Assembly: GCF_009914755.1 (NCBI RefSeq)
Contig: NC_060930.1
Source of the DNA: the human T2T-CHM13v2.0 reference genome, Homo sapiens
Strand: one strand, 5' to 3'
Length of the DNA stretch: 64,000 nucleotides
Position 1 is the stretch's first letter, and every line of letters starts with the position of its first letter. The position numbers and the translations under genes were made by a program. A model generated the notes under the pieces. That model worked only from the letters and a program-made list of their open reading frames with translations. It was not told where the DNA came from and ran no database searches. Below, piece after piece: positions 26,087-38,661 of this stretch.

Positions 26087-26385
26087 ATCTGAGCATGGTG
26101 GCTCATGCCTGTAATCCCAAGCATTTTTAGAGGCTGAGTGGGGAGGATCCCTGGAACCCAGGAGTTTGAGACAAGCCTAGGCAACATGGTGAAACCAAAA
26201 AAATACAAAAATTATCTGGATATGGTGGTGCACACCTGTAGTCCCAGCTACTCAAGAGGCTGAGGTGGGAGAATCATTTGAGCCCCGGAGGTCAAGTCTG
26301 CAGTGAGCTGAGATCACGCCATTGCACTTCAGCCTGGACGATAGAGCGAGACTCTGTCAAAAAAACCCAAACCAAAACAAAACAA
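26087..26385 (+). mobile_element. AluJ
   Basis: J-type GGGAGGATCCCTGGAACCCAGG and GAGGTCAAGTCTGCAG; short deletion before linker. Confidence 0.9.
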
Positions 26386-26972
26386 CTTCCATACGCTACA
26401 TTCATGAAGTAGGAACTATGGCTGTTACTACAGAATTGCTTTGGTAAGAGAAAGATGAGTCATGGAATGCAAGAACCATTTTCCTCCTGGCTTTCGAAAC
26501 TCTAAGCCCCACTCTCCCAGTGTGCCGGTTTGTTGGTGGCAAGATAAATATCACTTCCATTAACTAAAGAGAAGAAAAAGTTGTTTGCAGTCCATCAGTG
26601 TTTTGCCTGGGCGATTTTCTCCTGATGTAGAAAGCGTACCCTGGAGGGCACGAGGTTACGTGCTGTTTTGCCCCTGCCAAAGGTGGCCCAAGTCTGAAGC
26701 CCGCCCAGCAGACGCCTCCTGAAGAACAATTTGCTCTTCTCCTTCTGGCTCTTACTCAGCAGGTACGCTCTTAGAGGCAGCCTCTGCCACTTGCAGCACC
26801 CCTGGTGGATTTTATTTTTTAAATAGCAACAATTCTAAGACCTTTTTCAAGGAAGGCTTTTCCAGAGCTTGATCTGGAACATCACTGGGCAGACTGAGGT
26901 AGTCATTTCCTCTGTTACTAGTTTGAAGCCAATCAAGTAACTGCCTGTCCCCAGGCCTCTTGGGTTAGGGTC

Positions 26973-27347
26973 TGATATGGTTAGACTCTGTGTCCCCACC
27001 CAAACCTCAGATTGAATTGTAATCTGAATTGTAAACCCCATATGTTGGGGGAGGGACCTCGTGGGAGGTGATTGGATCATGGGGGCAGTTTCCCCCATGT
27101 TGTTCTCATGATAGTGAGTGAGTTCTCAGGAGATCTTATGGTTTTATAAGGGGCTCTTCCTTGTTTGCTCTGCACTTCTCTCTCCTGCTGCCTTATGAAG
27201 AAGGTGCTGCTTCCCCTTCCACCATGATTGTAAGTTTCCTGAGGCCTCCCCAGCCATGCTGAACTGTGAGTCAATTAAACCTCTTTCCTTTATAGATTAC
27301 CCAGTCTCGGATATTTCTTTATAGCAGTATGAGAATGGACTAATACA
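26973..27347 (+). mobile_element. THE1-type (THE1D-like) MaLR solo LTR
   Basis: TGATATGG start, GACTAATACA end, 5 bp TSD GGGTC on both sides, GTGAGTCAATTAAACCTC. Confidence 0.93.
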
Positions 27348-27739
27348 GGGTCCCACTGCCTGTGTGAAGGGGAGCATTGTGGCAGCACCCGGGGTGATCC
27401 TATCCTGAACCCCATCCCTTTTGCTCTGCGGCTATCCCTTGACCTCAACCTCAGCATTCTTTTAAGGGAAAGCACCGTGAGCTATGAAGAAACCAGATGG
27501 TGGAATTTTAATAAAACCAAAAACATAAGCCAGGAAACCACTAGACCTGTTCTTTGAATGACTCACAGTGGCTGCCATCACTGGTGGTGAAACCAATCTA
27601 TGTGGTGAGGTTTAGCACATGTCCAGCTTTAAAATGAATGGCCAAGGGTATTTTCCCACCCAAAGCTAAGATGAACTAGCTGCACATGGATATTCATGGC
27701 TCTTATTGATCTGATACACTCTGGCCCAATTGATCGACT

Positions 27740-28140
27740 CATGTTTGAATCCCAGTTCTGCCTCTTACTAGCTGCATGACTTTGGGTAGTGCCTTACCTT
27801 CTCTGGAACTCAGTTTTCCTCCTCTGTAGAGTGGAGATGTCTGCCTTCTAGGGTTCTGCTTCAGATTAAATGCCATAACCCAGATAACACACTTCAGAAC
27901 AGAGCCTAGTGTACCGTAAGCACTAGTAAATGAATATGGTATTGTTATCTTATTATTTTTCAGAGTCAGCTAGCATTTAATAAATGTTCTATGTGTGCTC
28001 AGCATTGCACTAAGTCTTTATGTAATATTTTGTTTATTCCTCACAATGATCTCATGAGCAGGAGGTTAAGGAACTTGCCCAAAGTCAAACAGTAATCGTG
28101 ATAGAGCTAACAATCTTAATATAAATTAAACTGACTCCAA
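27740..28140. mobile_element. Two MIR fragments in opposite orientation
   Basis: TTTGAATCCCAGTTCTGCC...CTCAGTTTTCCTCCTCTGTA (+) then TCCTCACAATG...GGTTAAGGAACTTGCCCAAAGTCA (-). Confidence 0.7.
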
Positions 28141-28373
28141 ATTATTATACAGCCTTCTGCAATATTATTAGATGGTCTCTACACCCGCAATGAAGCCTAC
28201 AGTTAGTGAGCATATCATACTTAATGACAGAATCCCAGGGTACACATTGCAGTCTCTGCCTTTTGTGATTGGATGGGCTATTTGGTAGTGGACACCACGG
28301 AATACACATTGAGGCAGGGAGCTCTGAGACTGGGGAGAGGCTCCAAGAGAACACTCAGTAAGAGGATATACTA

Positions 28374-28668
28374 GGCTGGGCATGGTGGCTCACGCCTGTA
28401 ATCCAAGCAATTTGGGAAGGTGAGGCGGGTGGATCACCTGAGGTCAGGAGTTTGAGACCAGCCTGACGAACATGGTGAAACCCCATCTCTACTAAAAATA
28501 GAAAATTTAGCCGGGCATGGTGGTGCACACCTGTAATCTCATCTACTCAGGAGACTGAGGGAGGAGAATCACTTGAACCCAGGAGGTGGAAGTTGCAGTG
28601 AGCCAAGATTGCACCATTGCACCCCAGCCTGGGCGACCGAGAGAGACTCCGTCAAAAAAAAAAAAAAA
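28374..28668 (+). mobile_element. AluS (Sx-like)
   Basis: Full Alu; TSD core GGATATACT on both sides. Confidence 0.93.
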
Positions 28669-29078
28669 GGGATATACTTTGCCCCTACATCCAGGAAAGT
28701 CAGTAACACTTTTCCCACCTCAGTTGCAGAAGACATTCTGTGGGCATCTTTGGTAGAAACAGCATTCACATTCCCCACTGAGGGCCGAGTGGAGGGGCCT
28801 TCCATGGTCTAGTCAGCTGCTCAAGGATGAGACCAAAGTGGGTACGGGAGGGGTCACTAGTCATTGAAAGGTCAGGCAGGAGCATCAATGTACTGATCAA
28901 GGCAAAGCCCAGAAGTGGGCATGTGGCCAGAAGCTGGGCTCAAAACATAACAGGGATCCCAGTGTGAGGAGGCCAGAGTTGAGGGCAGCAATTCTGACCA
29001 TGTAGACAGAGTCCAGGCTGGGGAAGGGACCACAAGGGAAACACCTGGTGACTCTGGCATGGGTCTTAGCACTGCCAG

Positions 29079-29083
<5 letters not shown>

Positions 29084-29128
<45 letters not shown>

Positions 29129-29171
29129 CTTCATATCTATCTATCTATCATCATCATCATCATCATCATCA
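29084..29171. repeat. Compound microsatellite (AC)21-(TCTA)n-(TCA)n
   Basis: Directly visible. Confidence 0.95.
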
Positions 29172-29754
29172 TTTTATATATATAAAAACCTGTTGAAAAT
29201 AATAGCTCTGAATTATTGGAAATAAATGAATGTTTCCAAAAGAGATGGAAAGATTCAAAGAGTTAATTTCACCTCTGTCTTCTGCCAGCTTCTTATAGCA
29301 GTTTTGATTAGACAAGATCCATCACGGTTTATTAAAAATAAACAAAGCCAAGATGCGCCAGAAATAGATGAAAACCTGGTTCATTTGTCTTGCCTCCGTC
29401 TCATTCCTGTTACATCTCCATGTCATGCAGTTAGTTGTCTGTCCAAAACAGTTTCTATTTTTAAAGCAACAGAGGATACTTTTCAGGCTTGGGTTAGAGA
29501 GGCCTCTCTTTGGACCAATGGTCCCTCACGGTGTGTGGCAAGCCCCCTCTGCCCCCTTGGGTTGGTGAGCGGAGAGTTCTTTTAAGCCTAATGTCCTGCA
29601 GAAATTATCTGGGAAATCTGTTAAAACAGAGTCTGGTCTGAAAGTGAAACATCTCCTTTCCGCTTTTCTTATGCCTTTAATGGTTTTTTAAACTACTATA
29701 TTTAGACGCAGAAAAAAAATAACTGAGGCAAGATGGTTCTGGTTTGGAAAAAGC

Positions 29755-29755
29755 C

Positions 29756-29787
<32 letters not shown>
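29755..29787. repeat. (GA)n microsatellite
   Basis: Directly visible, one interruption. Confidence 0.9.
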
Positions 29788-29835
29788 GTTAGGATATAAG
29801 CCTAAATGCTATCAAATGCCTAGTGTTTAGTAGTT

Positions 29836-29954
29836 ATGAAACCGAGGCATCAACTTAATATCCTTCTCCCAGCAAATTATCCAGGGCAAAGTCATCGCTG
29901 GGGCCAGAACCTTTTCAACAGATTGGACTCGCTACATGGTGCTGACCCAGAAGG
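29836..29954 (+). other. Candidate alternative first exon (39 open codons to a donor)
   Basis: ATG 29836, MKPRHQLNILLPANYPGQSHRWGQNLFNRLDSLHGADPE, then AGG|GTGAGT; GATATAAG upstream; apparently non-repetitive; product unrecognised. Confidence 0.25.
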
Positions 29955-30370
29955 GTGAGTCAGTTGGTAGTGTGGGGTGCATGAGGGCCATTGCAGGTTT
30001 TGATAATTACCCTTTATTTTAATTTGATCATACTTTTTTGTTTATAACCTTATTCTAAAAATAATTCAAGGTGACCATGCTTCCATTATACTTCTTGCAA
30101 CCATACCTATCTTTGGTGATATTTATTATGTTAAGGGACAATTGGCATCTTTTGGCCCTTACCTGTAGCTATTCTATCATCTGGAGATTATCTCCAGACA
30201 CAAATCCATCGCCCATTGCTCCATCGAGGCACACTCAGCTCTTTGTAGTTGCCATTTGCCCCTCTCGAGCCTTCTCCACATAGCCACATGCAATCCATTC
30301 CCAAAAACCTAGCTCAATTTCCTCATCACAGATGTTTTCCCTGACCCTCCAGTTGGTATATATCTCTTCC

Positions 30371-30755
<385 letters not shown>

Positions 30756-30757
30756 TA

Positions 30758-31186
<429 letters not shown>

Positions 31187-31860
31187 TTATTTGTGCATTG
31201 AGTCTCCAGTGTGGGCCAGGGAGGCCCCTGTTCTGGGCTTGGAGGGCCTTGCCCAGGCCCTTCAGTTGCTGTGTCTCCCTGTGGGGTGAGGCGTCCAAGG
31301 GTCAAGTGGGGGCACCTCCTACTTTCTATGGGCCATGCTCTGGGCACCCGGGGGCGGAAACTCCTTGCCCAGAAGACCCTGAGCCCCTTACGGAGGCTGC
31401 ACAGGCTCTTCCTTGGGTTTAGTCTCCCCAGCGCTACCTGCGCTGCTTGGGGTAGGCACCCCCGGGACTGAGGGAGGGTCGGGGACTGTATGGAAGGAGG
31501 ATGGGGCGATTAGTGCTTGGACAGGCAGGCTGGGCTGTCCCCTCCAAGTGACAGGGAACAGAGGCAGGGGTGGAAAAGAAGCCAAGGAAGGCAGGGCTGC
31601 AGGCAGGGTGAGGAAGACCCGGGGGTCCAGGTATCCTGAATCGGAAGTTGTCCTCCCAGGTTGTCACGAAGTGTGTTTGTGAAGGAAGGAGGATAGAAGC
31701 CATTTGGTTTAAGTTTTTACCTTAATTTGTAACCTTTACATATTTAGGTGGGTGATGAGTGGGCCTCTGTTATACTTTTGTCCTAAATGCCACAAATGTT
31801 GGGGGCTTTTCACCTCAATGAAACTATAAGCTTTTGTCAGCGGTGTTTAAAAACTGTTGT

Positions 31861-32159
31861 TATTTTTTTGAGAGGTGGGGTCTCACTCTGTTGCCCAGGC
31901 TGGAGTGCAGTGGTGTGATCATAGCTCACTGCAGCCTCAAACTCCTAGGCTCAAGCGATCTGCCTGCCTTAGCCTTCTGAGTAGCTAGGACTACAGGCCC
32001 GCACCACCACACCTGGCTACTTTATTTATTTATTTATTTATGTAGAGACAGAGTTTCACTATGTTACCTGGGTTACCTTTGAACTCCTGGCCTCAAGTGA
32101 TCCTCCCACCCCAGCCTCCCAAAGGTTGGGATTACAAGTGTGAGCCACCACGCCTTGCC
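31861..32159 (-). mobile_element. AluJ
   Basis: GATCATAGCTCACTGCAGCCTCAAACTCCTAGG; (TTTA)n linker. Confidence 0.92.
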
Positions 32160-32644
32160 TAAAACATGTTTTTATTTTATTTTTTTGTAACTGTAGTGCT
32201 TAAGGTCTGACTTCAAGTAACTGAAAGGATGTTTTTGGGGGTAATTTCAGAGAAAAACTTTGTTCTACCATTCACCTTATCCCTCTCCCAAATGAATATT
32301 TTTCCTGTCTAGAGTGTGTGTCTGTTGCGGGGGTGGTGGATAAATGTGGCGGATATCTATAAATGTCTAGGTTGAATTCAGCAGCTTCACAGATAATTAT
32401 ATAAAATCATTTTGATCAATATTCAGTTCATCTCAACAATTAATATTTTTTCAGTCTAAAATGTATTATCTTTTACTTCCATATACTAACCCTACTCTTC
32501 CCCTCTGTTATCATCTTCCATTGATAATTTCCCAGAAATCAATTATTAAGTGTGCTGCATATGTAGTAGACATAGTGAACAATACATGTGATCTTTATTC
32601 AGAACCTAGTTGTGTGCTTGGCACAATGAGAGAACAAATCAGAA

Positions 32645-32857
32645 GCCTCCCAGGTTCAAGTGATTCTCCTGCCTCAGCCTCCTGAGTAGCTGGGATCACA
32701 GGCGTGCACCACCATGCCCAGCTAATTTTTGTATTTTCAGTAGAGACGAGTTTCACCATTTTGGCCAGGCTAGTCTCAAACTCCTGACCTCAAGTGATCT
32801 GCCCGCCTCGGCCTTCCAAAGTGCTGGGATTATAGGCGTGAGCCACTGCGCCTGGCC
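32645..32857 (-). mobile_element. AluS lacking its 3' end and tail
   Basis: Begins abruptly at GCCTCCCAGGTTCAAG; intact 5' end GCGCCTGGCC. Confidence 0.9.
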
Positions 32858-32889
32858 AGTGCTTTCATTTTTATTAGTCCATTTGGTTG

Positions 32890-33060
32890 TCATAAACTCT
32901 TAAAGGGAGACACTATCATCCCCATTTTATAAAAGGGAAAATTTAGGCTCAGAGAGGCCTAGTGGCTTGCCCAAGGTCACACTGCTGTGAAGCAGAAAGG
33001 CCAGGCCGAGAGTGAAAGTATTCTGACTTTGAGTGCAGGCCTCTTCACATGTGGCTTGCC
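32890..33060 (-). mobile_element. MIR
   Basis: CCCCATTTTATA...AGGCTCAGAGAGG...CTTGCCCAAGGTCACAC. Confidence 0.8.
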
Positions 33061-33349
33061 CACCTCAGGCACCCAGGACCATACTTTTGTCATAAATAAT
33101 CACAAACATTTCAGTTGATGGATAGAACTTCGGTGGAAGATAAATTTCCTAGGGGGTGGAGTTAAGTTGGTAAAGAAATGAGATGGCCAGTAGGAAACCT
33201 CAGTCCATGAAAAGATTTTTGTTTATCAAATGCATCCATGAGTTTCCCACCAAACATAGGTTGACCTGAAGGTCAGGTAAAAAGAGGAGGGAAAGAGAAT
33301 ACTATACGCGGTATATTATATTAATATTATTCCACTTGCTTTTAAGCCC

Positions 33350-33660
33350 ACTTTTAAAAAATCAGATTTATTGAGGCATAATTTACATAAAATAAAATTC
33401 ATCCACTGTAAGTGAACAGTTGGATGGGTTTGGCAAATATGTTCAATGGGGAAAACGTCATCACAGTTATAATAAGACTTCTGTCCCCCTGACATCATCT
33501 CCTGTTCCCATTTGAAGTCAATCCTTTCCCCTTCCCCAGCTCCTGGTAGCCACCCATCTGCTGTCACTATAGTTTTGCCTTTTCCAGAATTTCATATAAA
33601 TGGAATCATACAATATGCAGTCTGTCGTATCTACCTTCTCTCACTTACTTGAGCTTACTT
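33350..33660 (-). mobile_element. Old L1 (L1MB/ME) 3' terminus
   Basis: TTTATTGAGGCATAATTTACATA...TTTTGCCTTTTCCAGAATTTCATATAAATGGAATCATACA. Confidence 0.8.
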
Positions 33661-33859
33661 TTCATTGTTTTTATGTTTATTGTTTTAGTCTCTGGGGCAC
33701 GTGAACTAGGCTTTACTCTCCAAGTGGAATCAAAGGCTGCTGGAATTCTTTCTGACTTGTTATTGATGGAAAATTCATGCAGAGTTAGTAACCTCAGGCA
33801 AACTGCTGCTTTGAATTTTTTCCCCAGTACGTTGATGGGCTTGACGTCAGACAGATTTA

Positions 33860-34070
33860 TGGTTTGAATTGCAGCTTTCCCCCTTTCTAACCATGTGAAC
33901 TTGAGCAAGTTTAATTTCCCTGGTCTGTCGTATTCTCCCCTTTAAACTGGGGATAATAATAATGTGTACCTCATAGGGTTGTTCTGAGGACTAAAGGAGG
34001 TTTTACACATAACGCACTTAGCAGTGTCCGCTATATCATAAGAGATTAATAAATATGGTGATTATTTAGG
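33860..34070 (+). mobile_element. MIR
   Basis: TGTGAACTTGAGCAAG...GGGGATAATAATAATGTGTACCTCATAGGGTTGTT. Confidence 0.8.
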
Positions 34071-34386
34071 CACAGACTTTGTATCTGCCACCTGTCTAAT
34101 CAGAGGACTTCTGCTTGGGATGGATGAGGGGAGTTGAAGGAAAGGGGCACATTTATGGTATTTCTCAAGCCAGACTAGTATGCAGATTTCTTCCATAACA
34201 GATTATGAGCCTTATCTTGTGGTGCTTTTGAGACACACGGTAACACCTTGGGTAAATAGTTATAAACATTAACAAACAAATGTGTTTAAAGAGGAATAGT
34301 TCTGAATCCATGAAATATGCTGAGCTAAGCATTAATAAAGAAACAATTGGCTAAATTGTTTCATGAACTTTAGAAATTCCTGAACA

Positions 34387-34517
34387 TTCGGGAGGCTGAG
34401 GCAGGAGAATGGCGTGAACCCCGGGGGTAGAGGTTGTAGTGAGCCGAGATCGCGCCACTGCACTCCAGCCTGGGGGTTAGAGCATGAGACTCCGTCTTAA
34501 AAAAAAAAAAAAAAAAA
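34387..34517 (+). mobile_element. 5'-truncated AluY-like right arm
   Basis: GAGAATGGCGTGAACCC, GAGATCGCGCCACTG, poly(A); TSD core TCCTGAACA. Confidence 0.9.
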
Positions 34518-34980
34518 TCCTGAACACTCAATATTCTCTGTCTTCATTTTTGTTTGGAATGTTTTCTTTGCAAACGAAAAGGTCTGGAACTAACCAGCCC
34601 GTAAATGGATCAACCATTACTTTAAAAAATAAATAAAAACCTAACCAGTTTGTGAAAAAGTCACATATTTACTGCAAGCCTATTGATGCATCTTGAGAAT
34701 TGGATTTCAGCCCCCATCCTTGGATTGTAAATAGTCACTGGCTAAGGCAAGTGTACAAAGAGAAATAAACTGAAAGCAGCCTGGGCTTCCCATAAATATT
34801 ATCTATGAAATTCTTCAGCCATATTTCCTCAAGGCACAAATCCGTAGTTGGCCTTTTAATAATATTTTACCTTGATTTTAACTTCTCACTGCATCATAGA
34901 TGTCTTTGTATAAAAACATTTTAGTGTTTTTAATAATTATCGTCAATGGTGGGATAAATTTTGATGTCAAAAGTCTGGTC

Positions 34981-34981
<1 letters not shown>

Positions 34982-35012
<31 letters not shown>
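34982..35012. repeat. (TG)n microsatellite
   Basis: Directly visible. Confidence 0.95.
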
Positions 35013-35013
<1 letters not shown>

Positions 35014-35517
35014 TGTGGAGGCTGATTGTGTTCTTTATGGATGAGATCTGACCGCTTGTCAAGGTAAGATGTTGAGACGGATGGGCTGGGATGCATTTGC
35101 CACGCTTATGATTTCCAAAGAAACCAATTAACCTTTGCTGTGATCTTGACCTTCTTCAGAGCTTACAGATGCTAATCCTTGGTGCATCTTCCTTTGATAA
35201 ATTTAGCACAAATCAATATCAGAAATAATAACAATTTTGAGGTATTTGGAGAAGTGGCAAATGGAAGAATAATAACCTTGTCCATTTTTTGTGTCATGTA
35301 TTGTTGTCTGGGATAGAGAAAGGTGCAATCTATACCTGATCCTTAACATTAAAAGCAGAGTCATCCTAAGACTATGCATTCCAAAAGGGCAGTGTATCCC
35401 CAGGTCCTAACACAGTGCTTGGCACGTAGTAGGACCTTTATTTGATAAACGTTGATTTAACATTTATTTATTCAGTAACCATCCACTAATAAATGAGTAT
35501 ATGAATTAATGAAATAA

Positions 35518-35850
<333 letters not shown>

Positions 35851-36625
35851 TAATAATGGAAGGTGGCATATATTTTTGAGGGGAAGCAAGAAAGCAGGCC
35901 AAGGGGACAAAAAGTGCCTGCTTGGGGTCCCTAGGAGTGGGGAGGTCCCTGGGGCTGTGGGGCCCAAAGGGGATGCTGACAGTCTCCAGTGAGCTCTTAT
36001 GAATAATCCGGAAAGATGGGTTGGCCCTGTAGGGGTTGGACCCATTTAGCACAGTATTGATAACCTGGTCAGTGAGTTCTGAGGCCGAAGTGATGGTGCC
36101 CCACTAGCCCCTCCTTCCAGTCAAACTTGACCTTGGACCAGACAGATTTATAGTCTCTGACCTAAGTTTAACCGGTATTTCCTAACTACTTTCCACCTAC
36201 ACTCCTAATTTCCTAAAGTACCTAGTATTTTTTTTTTTTTTTATAACTAGACTCACTTGAAAAGACTTCAGTTTGTCCATGTACCACTTAAATCACCTGC
36301 TGCATGAATCATCCTTTGGGAAAGACTGGCTTACCCAGCTACAACCTGAAATATCCCACCTTTGCTGAAACTCTTACATCTCCAAGCAGTGATGTCTGTG
36401 AGACAGGGATCTTTGTTTTGGAGTATGTTTGTGTTGCATATGTTCTGGTGTGGTTATTGCCTAACAAAATTCTATTTTTTTGGAAGATTCATAGCCTTAT
36501 GTTTAAAAACAGTTGTGTTCTGTGCAACTCTGTAATTTCAGCCTTTCCTTTTGGTAGAGCTTATGATATCTTAATTTTCTATACTGCCAAGGAAATTGGA
36601 ACTTAGATTTTATAACCCAAATTGA

Positions 36626-37101
<476 letters not shown>

Positions 37102-37767
37102 TGAGCTGGGTTTACTTAGGATAACCGTGGGTGTTACTGACTTGGGTGTCTCCAGGTTCTTAGGGGCAGTTTCTTCAGACAGGTATTCCAAAGGGATCTC
37201 TACTTCTCATCTATGTTCTTTAGATACCGAAGACATTCTATCTCTGTATTGATCTTTACTTTGAAGCTTTATCAAATTCGAATGACAGGGTATCAATACC
37301 CAAAAAACGCTGACAATCCTAAATTCACCCATCTCAGATACTGCACAATAAGGCTTTAAATTCCCATGAACTGTTAACTTTTTCTGTTCTCTCAGACCAC
37401 TCTGCAGCTGCCTTTCACTTGAACCATCAAAGGGCTTTAATTCTATGGCCCATTTTCACTCAAACTTGAGTTTCATATTTTATTATTTTCTTCTGTATTA
37501 TAAAAGACCCTCTACTAATCAGACCCCTGGCTTAGATTCACTAGCTATCCTTGACTTCACCTTCATTCATACAGTGAATGTTTATTGAACATCCTTGACT
37601 TCAGTGTCATTAATTCAGTAGGTATTTCTTGAGCATCTACTTTGTCCCAGACACAGCGCTAGGTGCTGGAGGTGCAGCATCTTTCCTTTGAAGACCAGAT
37701 GGGTGACTACCTGGTCCACCTGAACTTCTATTAGATTTTATTCATTCTAAGGCCATTGTTTTTTGTG

Positions 37768-37770
<3 letters not shown>

Positions 37771-37811
<41 letters not shown>
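37771..37811. repeat. (TG)n microsatellite
   Basis: Directly visible, about 20 units. Confidence 0.95.
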
Positions 37812-37814
<3 letters not shown>

Positions 37815-37969
37815 ACCATGGATGACTCCACATGTAATATGTGTCTGCTTTACTTCTGGTGGCCGATACCTTCTTTTTTATTCTGCCTCTGAAAATAAGC
37901 CTCCTGATTAATTGGCAGCTGTTGTTCAAAACCTTCTTAATGCTTATCTTGAAGCCTTTAGGTGTGGGG

Positions 37970-38260
37970 TGTGTAACTTAGGTTGAGATTTGGCTGTGAC
38001 CAATAGGAAAAATATTATTTTCATAGACAATATGGATGTTTCTTTCTTTCAGGCTAGGACTGGCATGGCAGTGCTGCCCCACAAAGTCCTCAAGGCCACA
38101 GACTCCTTTTCATTGTTAGCTGTAGCTGGCCTACATCCCTTTGGTTATCTCATAGTCCAGAACAGCTGCTCCAGCTCCAGCCATTGTATCAGCACTTCCA
38201 TCATCCAAAACATGAAGGGACAAAGAAATAAGATCAAAAGACATGCATCAGCCATTCTTT
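37970..38260 (-). mobile_element. Degenerate MLT1 (K-like) LTR fragment
   Basis: CAGGCTAGGACTGGCATGGCAG...GCTGCTCCAGCTCCAGCCAT. Confidence 0.45.
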
Positions 38261-38488
38261 AAGCACTGCCTACATATTTTCCTTGGTATGTTCTCAATAT
38301 TTACTACTTTTAAAGGCACTTGTCTTCTAACATCAAGGAGTAATTCCCTGTTATCTCTCTACTTTATGTTAACATACCACACTCTTTAATTTCAGAAGAC
38401 TCCTTGCTATGAAATGTGTGTATCCCTAAGAAAAAGAAGAAAAATGCAACATAACATTACTGATTTTAAAATGCTTTTAATGCAGCTT

Positions 38489-38661
38489 CTTCTTTTTTTT
38501 TTTTTTTTTGCCACGAGTCTCACCCTGTTTCCCAGGCTAGAGTTCAGTGGTGGTGTGATCCTAGCTCACTGCAGCCTTGAACTCCTTGGCTCAAGTGATT
38601 CTCCCGCCGCCTCAGCCTCCCCAAGTGCTGGGATTACAAGCATGAGCCATGGGACCTGGCC
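38489..38661 (-). mobile_element. Free Alu monomer (FRAM/FAM-like)
   Basis: Single ~150 nt monomer with poly(T); TSD TTAATGCAGCTT/TTAATGCATCTT. Confidence 0.85.

Noticed and set aside
28858-28868. TAGTCATTGAA matching the VNTR unit
   Set aside because: Only 11 nt with unconvincing flanking similarity
30180-30198. Palindrome TCTGGAGAT-T-ATCTCCAGA
   Set aside because: 9-bp arms are plausible by chance in 64 kb and there is no supporting context
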